Positions 41,356-49,969 of a stretch of DNA of 64,000 nt are shown piece by piece. The notes beneath the pieces were generated by a model that was not told the origin of the DNA, searched no databases, and saw only the letters and a list, made by a program, of their open reading frames with translations. Position 1 is the first letter of the stretch, and each line of letters opens with the position of its first letter. The position numbers were made by a program, and so were the translations under genes. This DNA comes from an uncultured virus (IMG/VR IMGVR_UViG_2576861727_000003) (lineage: Duplodnaviria > Heunggongvirae > Uroviricota > Caudoviricetes): the IMG/VR virus record IMGVR_UViG_2576861727_000003; one strand, 5' to 3'.

Positions 41356-42366
41356 TTACAGACCAAACATTGCGTCTATCTCTTCATCATCGTGATTCAT
41401 AAGATAACTTGCTGTTGTAGAAACGTCGGAATGATGCATAAACTTCATAATTTGGTCAAGAGAATAAACTCTTGGCTTACCATTCTCGTCAAGCAGTCTT
41501 GTATCTGTACCTTGTTTCAAACACTCTGCACGAGAGTGACGCATGGTATGCGGGAAAATATTACACTCTTCGCCGCGAACTTCCGACAGCACCTTGGATA
41601 TTGAGCATACTCTGTCATACAGAGCCTCCTTTGTTATTGGTGACTTCTTGTCTCCTACTCTCTTTACCCATAGTGAAGGAATATCGTCATCTCCGCGTTC
41701 ATCGAGATACTGCGCAATCAGTTCCTTAGTATCATCAAGATACACAAGTGGGAACTTCTTACCGCGCTTTCCAATTACCACATTGGTCTTATTAGTCTCT
41801 GTTAATCCGTTTTTCTCAATCTGAAACAGTTCATTCTTACGCCCCGCCGAATCAAAGCCAATAGAAAGCAAAACAGCGTCTTGCAATCTACCACGCTCAA
41901 TCAGCAGTTTTCTCGTCTTGATGAACTCGTCAAAAGTAAAGAAGAAATCGTCGTCGTTATCTTTGACGCGCTCACGGGGAAGTCCTCTTACTTTCTTTGC
42001 TACATTGTTGTCATAATCGTATTCATCATCATCCTCTACGAAACTCAGCATGGAGTTGACTGCGCTCTTAATACGGTTGACTCTGTTTGCTGACATTCCG
42101 CAATCTTCCGACAGCCAGATACTCAGGTTTCTAAAATCCTTTTTTCTAAGTTCGAGAATGCTCTTGTTGTCAAGTTGCTTGAGGATATAAATAAAGACTA
42201 TTCTCATATCCTGAAAATAGCCATCGATAGTTCCTTTGGATTTCTTACGCTGACGATACTCAGCCATGAAGTCTTCAAGAATCATCTTATTTTCTTTGTT
42301 TACTTGTTCCCATAGTTCGGGAGTGTAGATGCGGTTGTATACACGTCCGCGTTTCATATTATTCAC
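41356..42366 (-). CDS. Tyrosine recombinase
   Basis: SAGRKNEL (R), PHTMRH (HxxR), HSDVSTTASY (H, Y). Confidence 0.85.
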   Translation of the reverse strand: MNNMKRGRVYNRIYTPELWEQVNKENKMILEDFMAEYRQRKKSKGTIDGYFQDMRIVFIYILKQLDNKSILELRKKDFRNLSIWLSEDCGMSANRVNRIKSAVNSMLSFVEDDDEYDYDNNVAKKVRGLPRERVKDNDDDFFFTFDEFIKTRKLLIERGRLQDAVLLSIGFDSAGRKNELFQIEKNGLTETNKTNVVIGKRGKKFPLVYLDDTKELIAQYLDERGDDDIPSLWVKRVGDKKSPITKEALYDRVCSISKVLSEVRGEECNIFPHTMRHSRAECLKQGTDTRLLDENGKPRVYSLDQIMKFMHHSDVSTTASYLMNHDDEEIDAMFGL

Positions 42367-42554
42367 CTCTTATTCAATTTACTCTATATGTAGGCGGAAG
42401 CCGAAAGGACAAGAGCTTGTCAATTCAGGAGCGACCCGAATCTATCCGCCTAAATTACAAAGGAGAGTTCTATAATGAACTCGAAATCCCAAGCTAGGAG
42501 TTGCACCTAGCTAAAATACTCAACGAGTATTATCTATATTGGGAACAAAAAAAA

Positions 42555-43691
42555 TTAATCAATTTTAATTTGTGAAAAATCACAGTCTTTTGGATGCTTA
42601 TCGTCTCTCCAACACCTAATTTTGCCGTGACGTAAACTATATTCTCCGTTTATGTGTTCTATCTGCATAGCGGTAAGCTCTGCTACTCGTCCTATCCATT
42701 TTTGGGGATTTGCAATTATCTCTTGTTTGAGTTGGTCTGCAATTCCACTTATCCACGCCAAATGAACAGGTTGTCCATTTTGCATTACAGAAAAAGAAAC
42801 GGCACTCGCCCATCCATAGTAATATAACTTAGTTACTGGTATAATAGGTAACTTAGATATGTAGTCATTATAATAAATACCCTCTGGAAGCTTTTGCTCT
42901 GTTTCTTGATTAATCCAATATTTCCAGCTTTTAAGTTCTTTACCAGAATAAAGCTTAATTGGTTCTTTATAATTACCATCAACAAAAGCATCTATCGTAT
43001 CGGCTATTTCTTTTTTTATTTTAAGAGTAAGTTTAGCCGTTCTTTTATCTGGTTGATATGAAGCATCCATTCTTGTAATTACTATTCCTTCACCGCCAGA
43101 AGCAATTACTTCTCCGTATAAATTCCAAAGCTCTTCTCCACGTTTGTATTCTGCGACCTCAATATGATTATCTTGAAGAACATCTAATAATTCATAATAC
43201 AAATAATTATTAATGCGCTCTTTAAAAGATTTTTCCATTATGTTATTTCCGTTATATGCAAGAACATCAAAAATGTAGAAATAAAGATATTCATTGCATT
43301 TCTGTCTTTCAAGACATTTCTCTTTAAGACAATTTAGAACCGAAGTTACATTTCGACTACCTTCATTATTAGGAAAATATATTTCGCCAATTAGAACGGT
43401 TCCGTTTGGTATCATCGTAAGTTCATTACAAATATGAGGTATCCAATCTGCCTTATCTACATAACTTCCGTCAACACCTTTTGTTCGACTTCTTAGGTGA
43501 AAATTACCATATGAATCTTTGATTAACATACTCCAAATTCCGTCCATTTTGCGGCTTCCGTAGTAATCTCCGCTCATTACAAGTCTTTTTGCTTCTGACT
43601 TGCGTTTTTCAATTGGCGTTGAAGCGCTGAATGACCAGTACTTCATTGCTGGCATATTCCAAAAATCATATCCGTCTATAACTATTTTCAT
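42555..43691 (-). CDS. ATP-dependent DNA ligase
   Basis: KMDG (motif I), IGEI, FDVL, GEGIVI, LKIK, LRHG..RDDK. Confidence 0.88.
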   Translation of the reverse strand: MKIVIDGYDFWNMPAMKYWSFSASTPIEKRKSEAKRLVMSGDYYGSRKMDGIWSMLIKDSYGNFHLRSRTKGVDGSYVDKADWIPHICNELTMIPNGTVLIGEIYFPNNEGSRNVTSVLNCLKEKCLERQKCNEYLYFYIFDVLAYNGNNIMEKSFKERINNYLYYELLDVLQDNHIEVAEYKRGEELWNLYGEVIASGGEGIVITRMDASYQPDKRTAKLTLKIKKEIADTIDAFVDGNYKEPIKLYSGKELKSWKYWINQETEQKLPEGIYYNDYISKLPIIPVTKLYYYGWASAVSFSVMQNGQPVHLAWISGIADQLKQEIIANPQKWIGRVAELTAMQIEHINGEYSLRHGKIRCWRDDKHPKDCDFSQIKID

Positions 43692-43729
43692 TTATGCCTC
43701 TTGGTTTAAATAAAATCTTGGTTTAATTG

Positions 43730-43951
43730 TTAGGAAGGATTTCTATATGTATCCTTCTCGGTCTTCCACTTCTCAATCAGTTTCTCAAGAGTGTCGTCGC
43801 ACTTAAAGATAAATGCAAGACCACGCTTACCATCGAAGCTACTGGTTACGATAGTCTTCATTGTCGCACCATTTTCCAGCAGATAGTTAGCCATTCTTCT
43901 TGTCCTGCAAAAAAAAGTGTCCTTCTTTGTTGTCTGGTTTTCCATAATCAT
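43730..43951 (-). CDS. Small hypothetical protein
   Basis: RRMANYLLENG..FIF; AAGGAG RBS. Confidence 0.55.
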   Translation of the reverse strand: MIMENQTTKKDTFFCRTRRMANYLLENGATMKTIVTSSFDGKRGLAFIFKCDDTLEKLIEKWKTEKDTYRNPS

Positions 43952-44063
43952 GTCTCCTTTATTTCCAATTATTCCGTTTATTCTGTTTTTAGGGTCTTGT
44001 TTTTATGCGGATTTCAAGATATCCCAAGAACCATACCGCTATCATTTGCGACGCCTAATGGCA

Positions 44064-44471
44064 TCACTGATAATATTCATAGTCTCGTAAGTTCGCCATT
44101 AGAGTTTCAAACTCTGTATTATACTTATAATTTTTATCCTTGTGTAAACACAAACCGTAATTGAAACGATATCCGCGGCTATTACCTGATATAAGCCTTA
44201 TTGTAGAACCATTAACAAAACATATTTCTGTTAAACTTTCTGTTCCAAGCCACTTCGCCTTATATTGTATATCACATTCGTTAAGTAAATAATTACGCAA
44301 TAACTCAAATATCGCCTTTTTATATACAGTGTCTTGAACAAATATACCTACACGATACCCTTCAAGGTGTATCGCGAGGTCAACAAACTGATAAAATTTT
44401 TTAGTTCTATGGTTCTTGTTAGTTAAGATATCATTAATATAAGCCTCGGATAGAACCGCAGGATATTTCAT
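44064..44471 (-). CDS. Hypothetical protein
   Basis: AAGGAGG RBS; FVNGSTIRL..SRGYR resembles an ATPase-domain fragment. Confidence 0.55.
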   Translation of the reverse strand: MKYPAVLSEAYINDILTNKNHRTKKFYQFVDLAIHLEGYRVGIFVQDTVYKKAIFELLRNYLLNECDIQYKAKWLGTESLTEICFVNGSTIRLISGNSRGYRFNYGLCLHKDKNYKYNTEFETLMANLRDYEYYQ

Positions 44472-44514
44472 TTTTTTGATTCCTCCTTGTTTTTTGATAA
44501 TTACAAATAATTTA

Positions 44515-44602
44515 TGGTTGGGTATCCAAGATTCGAACTTGGGACGGATTTCTCCTTGCTGGGGTCAAAACCCAGTTTGTTAAGCCACTTCAACAATACC
44601 CA
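44515..44602 (-). tRNA. tRNA-Gln(TTG) with an atypical long variable arm
   Basis: TGGGTAT/ATACCCA acceptor plus ACCA; CTGGG-TTTTGAC-CCCAG; CCAAG-TTCGAAT-CTTGG. Confidence 0.8.
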
Positions 44603-44762
44603 ATATAGGTTAGCTGATTATCCTCACAGCCGTTGGTCGTGTTACTTGTAAACCTATACGCCAGAACACAAACTGACTTCTCATAATGAATGAGCTACAC
44701 CTACTCGCCCCTCACTTACGGTCTTATGACTAACCATAAGTTACTAGGCTTTCAGAGATTAG

Positions 44763-44835
44763 CGTTTCCGAAGTGAGTCGAACACTTATCATCCACATTA
44801 ACAGTGTGGCGCTCTTCCAGTTGAGCTACAGAAAC
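44763..44835 (-). tRNA. tRNA-Asn(GTT)
   Basis: GTTTCTG/CGGAAAC acceptor; GCTC/GAGC D stem; CCACA-CTGTTAA-TGTGG; AAGTG-TTCGACT-CACTT; no encoded CCA. Confidence 0.8.
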
Positions 44836-45181
44836 AAATTAGGGGCGTTCACCACGCACAGTGAGCCGCCCTTATAAACCCTCTGATGTGCGTATCTTCG
44901 GATTTGATACCATTAAAAGACCTATCGTGGTACGCATCGTTGAGAGGCGTGATAGGTTCATATTTTCTGCGCTTTTACACTTAGGATAAGGTACGCTAAC
45001 CGACCGCGCCTATTTTAACTTTTAGCTCTCAGCATAGGGAAAGGTGCTACAAGGTAAGTTGACGCTAAAGCACCGACCATTTAAGACATTCTAAAATCAG
45101 ACCCAATACAGGTACTCGGTCTTGAAAACTCATGTCTAATAGTTTTGTTCTGCATTTTTATATTGCTCGTAAAGAGCTGTG

Positions 45182-45457
45182 TTACTTGTTAATAGCTTCC
45201 TTAATAGCCTCAGCCAGACGGAATCTGTAACTATTCTTAGCAGGAACCTTCATCGGTTCGCCAGTCTGAGGATTTCTTGAAACTCTAGGTGCTCTTTCTA
45301 CAGGCTCAATGGTAAATATATTCTGAAATGTAATCTTCTCACCATTAAGCATTGCCTCGCTGATTGTCTCAAGAAAAGCGTCAACTGCAATAGCAGAATT
45401 GTCCAGTGTAAAGTTCGTCTTCTTTGATACCTTTCTAACAATATCGGTCTTGTTCAT
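45182..45457 (-). CDS. hup: HU-family DNA-binding protein
   Basis: MNKTDIV..RVSRNPQTGEPMKVPAK. Confidence 0.9.
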   Translation of the reverse strand: MNKTDIVRKVSKKTNFTLDNSAIAVDAFLETISEAMLNGEKITFQNIFTIEPVERAPRVSRNPQTGEPMKVPAKNSYRFRLAEAIKEAINK

Positions 45458-45479
45458 TTTAATTCCTCCTAGTTTTCAG

Positions 45480-46709
45480 TTAATTCAATATAATCTTATA
45501 AGTTTCTGTATGACCCTCAAACGGGTCGAATCCATATATCATAGACGCTGGGCGGCTTCCAACAGCAAGACTATCAGCATAAGGGTCAGACCCTATAAAT
45601 GATGGTGCTATAAGCGTCTCGCAATCGTGGAAAAGTCCTTCACCTACAGTAATGGATTTTTCAGTGTGATAATGTCCCAAGAACGCAAAGTCATAGTGCG
45701 TTCTGGTCATGTACGAAATGTCTCGCTGGAAGCGTTCAATATTCCGCACATTATGACCGTGTGCCGCAAGAATATTAAAGTTGAATATCTGAAAGCTCAG
45801 ATAGTTCTGATTCTCTGGCGCGAGTTTAACCTCAACTCGGTCATTTTCACTTACCGCCGTTAGAATGTAATTTGATATTACATAAGAAACATCTTCGGCG
45901 GAAAGCGCATTCGCTTTTGACCCGAGTGGTCTTAGCTGGTCGTGGTTTGCATATGGTACATGGTAATATGTAACACGGCAAGCTTGTGATATATCGTTCA
46001 AAAAGCGCGAAATCAGAGTTGCAACATCAACAATTGATTTTACTACTGGCTGTTGATTAAGCTGAATATCAGATAGTCTCAAAATGTTTTGGACGCAATC
46101 TCCTAAGTTGATTATTGTAAGATGAGCCAAATCATTATCCTTTATGAAATCCAGCGTTCTTTCACGTAGTATCGCAAATCTTCTTGCGCACTCTTCAACG
46201 TTATACTCATTGTTCAGACTGCGGAATTCAGCGCCAAGGTGTATGTCTGATATCGTCAATACATACTCTTTGCTGTTGGCTTCACGCGGTTCTACATCCG
46301 CAGGAATGTCCACAGTTGTAAGGGGTATCTGCTCGGCGATATTCTCATAGAATAACTCACGACGAGCCTCTTGTGTATGATATCTACTATATTCCAACTT
46401 AGTAGTTGAAAGCTTACGACGTTCTTTATAAAGAGTTTCTTCCTGTTCCTTGAGGTCAGCGAGGTACTCGTTACCTTTCTGCTTTGCAAAGACATTGTTG
46501 TAAAACCGCTTTCCACTTTGATATTGTTTGCGGAACGCACTCTCGGTTCTCCATTTATCTTTAGGCAGTTCAAGTTGTTCATTGATAGTTGGGGTTACAA
46601 CGTCCCAGTTGGCATACTTACCACTATCAATAAGCTGACCTATTCGCCAAAGATACTCTTCTGTATTCTCGTCGCTACGTTTTACAAGTTCCGCGTTTTT
46701 ACTGACCAA
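45480..46709 (-). CDS. Calcineurin-like metallophosphoesterase
   Basis: SDIHLG, LGD, NHD, HGH, GHYH motifs. Confidence 0.85.
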   Translation of the reverse strand: MVSKNAELVKRSDENTEEYLWRIGQLIDSGKYANWDVVTPTINEQLELPKDKWRTESAFRKQYQSGKRFYNNVFAKQKGNEYLADLKEQEETLYKERRKLSTTKLEYSRYHTQEARRELFYENIAEQIPLTTVDIPADVEPREANSKEYVLTISDIHLGAEFRSLNNEYNVEECARRFAILRERTLDFIKDNDLAHLTIINLGDCVQNILRLSDIQLNQQPVVKSIVDVATLISRFLNDISQACRVTYYHVPYANHDQLRPLGSKANALSAEDVSYVISNYILTAVSENDRVEVKLAPENQNYLSFQIFNFNILAAHGHNVRNIERFQRDISYMTRTHYDFAFLGHYHTEKSITVGEGLFHDCETLIAPSFIGSDPYADSLAVGSRPASMIYGFDPFEGHTETYKIILN

Positions 46710-46878
46710 CGATTTCAGCCTCCCTCATCTTATTAACTTCTCTGAGGACGACAGGACGCTCTTCGCAGTAATACGTCTTTGAATTTGCACCACGCTTTCT
46801 CTTTGAACAAACCTTTACACTTAGGTCTTTAATCTTCTCCCTCAGTGCAAAATATTCCTTCTGTGTAATTGTTATCAT
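46699..46878 (-). CDS. Small basic protein (59 aa, not in the ORF track)
   Basis: MITITQKEYFALREKIKDLSVKVCSKRKRGANSKTYYCEE..; AAGGAG RBS. Confidence 0.6.
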   Translation of the reverse strand: MITITQKEYFALREKIKDLSVKVCSKRKRGANSKTYYCEERPVVLREVNKMREAEIVGQ

Positions 46879-47127
46879 CGTTTTGTTTCTCCTTTTATTC
46901 TTATTTGCTCATTCGGTTGACGATATTGCGCAGGAAAGGTGCGCCGAGCTGAAGCCCTAAAACGCATAAACTAGCTTGTCGGTCGCAAGCCCTTCCAATC
47001 ACCCATCGTCTATAGCCGACGAGATTTCATTTTTCTCTCCATTAAGGGGGTAAATTTGACCCCTTTTTTACGCTTAAAAATCTCGAAAAAGCCCGATAAT
47101 ACTTCGTTTCCGCGATTTTTGAAGTTG

Positions 47128-49851
47128 TCATGATGTGCTCAATTTTTTCGCTATATACCTAATATGTTGGAGTTCGGCTTTACGTTTTCTTGCACATACG
47201 TCACAGCGAACCTTTCTGTTAGCTTTACCTTTAGTGGATATCTCTTTGCCACAATCTATGCAGAACGAGCGCTTCTTCTTGGTTGCTTGTCTGCAAGCCG
47301 TACAACAATACGTCTGGTCTTTACGGGTCTTAATAAACCTCTGACCACAAGTCGGACAAATGGCACTATTCTCGTCGATGTTGTGCCTTAGATTCTGATA
47401 TACAACGTCGCCATATATTGTCCAGAATGCTCGTTTCTTACTGTTAGACTTTTCTGAGAATAAGTAAACAACAAGAGCGTCAACAATCTCCTGCTCGGTA
47501 TAGGGGAGTACAAGCATTTCTTCTCGAACCGCATCAAAAACAGCATGATAGTTTGATAAACCCTCTGTGCCAGTCTGATTAAAGTTAAGGGAGCTAGTAA
47601 GTTTGACGAATTTTTCCGTAACGTCTTTGTTCAACGTTGCGTGACTATTATGTAAAAGCATCTTGTAATTAAATATTCCTTTTATGTTCAGCTTGAAATT
47701 GAGCCTATAACGCTTTGGCGGGAACAGCTTATATATGCGGTTAACCGTAGAATCGTTAAGTGGTTCAATCTGTTTATCGTCTTTGTCCTTAGCGTACTTA
47801 AAGAACGCAGGAACTTTGGATTTTGTGTGGCGAGTGATTATGTCATGTACCCAATCGGGCTCTTCTGGCTTGTATAAGGTCTTTGCGTAATCAATTGTAA
47901 AATTATTCTGCATGCATAACCATTTAACTACGTTCATTTTTTCTTTATTAATTTCTCCGCCATTCCATATTTTTGTAATAGCATTACTTATTTCTCCTAT
48001 ATTGCCCCCTGTGTACGCCGCAATCAGTCCGTCATAAATATGCTCGGGTGTTACTTCAACAGAGCCAGCCTTTGCCATATAGTAATAAAGCGGAACTACA
48101 TCTTTAGTCACGCGCTTCGCTGCATTAGTAAGGACTTTGTTATTAACAATAAGTAGCTTGTCTCCGTCGCAATCGTACTGTAAAATTTTGGAAAGTAGAC
48201 TATCAACACTTACATAAATTGCGTCGGTATTAAACCATTCGGTAGTCACATCATTTATGGTATTGTCTTTAACAAAATGCTCGATAGAGAGATGAGGAGA
48301 TCTCAGACAATCAAGTTCAACGCCTTCAGGATAAAGCCTACAGCTTATCTCGTCTCTGCCAAGTATACCTTTTGGGTTCTCAATCCCCATAAACAAGTTT
48401 TCACATACCGCATAAAAATCAGGCAATACAAACGTATATTTACAATCCAGCTTAAACTTACCCGACCAAAGCTCACCCTCTAAACTCTTCTTTATATCTC
48501 TCAGAGTCGCCTTTGTATATGGGTCAGCCAATAGTTCAGGATAAACGTTAAGACATTTTTGAAATCCTGATTTATACTTTCTCTCGTCATCCGCGCCAAA
48601 TACTTTCAGCATCGTATTCGGGTCGCTACACATTTTAATTATTTCCTCGTCGTTTTTCTGCGCAAGAGCAATTATCTCAGCATCAGTCATATCGTAAAGT
48701 GTCTGTATCATCTGATAATTTATCTTAGCGTCTGGAATATAATCTTCTTCCATATTACATCTACCCGCAGAACAACCATATTTCTTGAAACGGTCTTTAT
48801 AATCCTGCCAACTATCGTACATCTTCCAAAGTTTAAATTGTGATTTCGTCAAAATGATACGAATGTCCTCAGCGATAATATCATGCTTATCGCCATAGAT
48901 ATCAGTGACAATGGGAGAGCAATCGTGTTTCTCAATAAATTTAATGAAGTCAAATGTACCAAGTAATCCTTTAACAAAAGGAAGTCTTACCATGAAGTTC
49001 TTTTTGCTAACAGATGGTAGCATCATGCCGCATCCATCGGTTTGTGCTATTGGCACATCCATTTGCTGACGTGTAATTGAGAAATCTTTATCGCTCATGA
49101 AGTCTACGAATCCATTGACATTATTTTCAAAGTCTTCAACAACAACACAACGGTCTATATCAAACTCTTCCCATAAGTCAGTAGCGCTGTTGCTCAGAGC
49201 GGTATAGGCTAGAAACTTATTAATATTTATTCCGCCTTTAGCGTTAATCTCTTCTATTGTCATACCCGCAGTTAATGTATTCCAATGTTCTTTAAGTAAA
49301 TCCTCTCGTACCGCAACAAACTTCTTTGTTCTTATCTGTCCTGCGCTTGCCGAGAAGAATACATACTTCTTGCCGTTCATCATAAATCCGTTATGTAAAA
49401 TACTCTTAACTACGTCGAAGAAATAAACCTGTACGATAACGATTTCCTCATTAAGTTGTCTTTCTTTCAGCCCGAAGCACCGAGTTAGATTCGAATCGAA
49501 TATTGAAACCTGACGGCGAATTGTCAATGTACTTGGTCTAACCTCTCGGGTTAGCGGTATATTCTTCGCAAGCAAATCTTTAAGCTGTGTCTTGTGGTCG
49601 GCAACATACCGCCGAAGTATGTCGCGACGACGCTTATGGTTAAGTGTGTATTTACAACTGTGTTTGCGTGACTTGCGGGCTATATTCTTATGTAAGAAAC
49701 CCGAGGCTATTTTCTGCTTGCTTGTCCACTCGTCAAGCGTTTTAAGCAAATACTTTGCGCGGATAATCCTGTTCTCTATCGCTTTTTCTTCGTCTGTGTA
49801 GAAACAGGATGTATCGAGTCCGTAAACGTAATGAAGTTTTGATAATGCCAT
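47128..49851 (-). CDS. yonO: YonO-like single-subunit (two-barrel, RdRP-like) RNA polymerase with C-terminal Zn fingers
   Basis: SAGQIR, TDGCGM, RLPFVKG, RSPHL and catalytic DCDGD motifs; lies upstream of the late operon as in SPbeta. Confidence 0.85.
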   Translation of the reverse strand: MALSKLHYVYGLDTSCFYTDEEKAIENRIIRAKYLLKTLDEWTSKQKIASGFLHKNIARKSRKHSCKYTLNHKRRRDILRRYVADHKTQLKDLLAKNIPLTREVRPSTLTIRRQVSIFDSNLTRCFGLKERQLNEEIVIVQVYFFDVVKSILHNGFMMNGKKYVFFSASAGQIRTKKFVAVREDLLKEHWNTLTAGMTIEEINAKGGININKFLAYTALSNSATDLWEEFDIDRCVVVEDFENNVNGFVDFMSDKDFSITRQQMDVPIAQTDGCGMMLPSVSKKNFMVRLPFVKGLLGTFDFIKFIEKHDCSPIVTDIYGDKHDIIAEDIRIILTKSQFKLWKMYDSWQDYKDRFKKYGCSAGRCNMEEDYIPDAKINYQMIQTLYDMTDAEIIALAQKNDEEIIKMCSDPNTMLKVFGADDERKYKSGFQKCLNVYPELLADPYTKATLRDIKKSLEGELWSGKFKLDCKYTFVLPDFYAVCENLFMGIENPKGILGRDEISCRLYPEGVELDCLRSPHLSIEHFVKDNTINDVTTEWFNTDAIYVSVDSLLSKILQYDCDGDKLLIVNNKVLTNAAKRVTKDVVPLYYYMAKAGSVEVTPEHIYDGLIAAYTGGNIGEISNAITKIWNGGEINKEKMNVVKWLCMQNNFTIDYAKTLYKPEEPDWVHDIITRHTKSKVPAFFKYAKDKDDKQIEPLNDSTVNRIYKLFPPKRYRLNFKLNIKGIFNYKMLLHNSHATLNKDVTEKFVKLTSSLNFNQTGTEGLSNYHAVFDAVREEMLVLPYTEQEIVDALVVYLFSEKSNSKKRAFWTIYGDVVYQNLRHNIDENSAICPTCGQRFIKTRKDQTYCCTACRQATKKKRSFCIDCGKEISTKGKANRKVRCDVCARKRKAELQHIRYIAKKLSTS

Positions 49852-49897
49852 GTTTTGTCTCCTTTTCTTTAAGTGCTTGTAAAAGGTTGTATAAAAT

Positions 49898-49969
49898 AAA
49901 AAAAGCACGAGGGTTAGTCGTGCTTAATTTCGGGTATAAAAAATAGCCTATAGCGTAGAACTATAGGCT
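49898..49969 (-). terminator. Two tandem intrinsic terminators immediately upstream of the RNA polymerase gene
   Basis: AGCCTATAG/CTATAGGCT and AAGCACGA/TCGTGCTT stems, each with a minus-strand U-run. Confidence 0.7.

Noticed and set aside
44747..44762. TTCAGAGATTA resembling a group I intron R element
   Set aside because: Opposite strand to local transcription, and no matching S/Q elements or split gene
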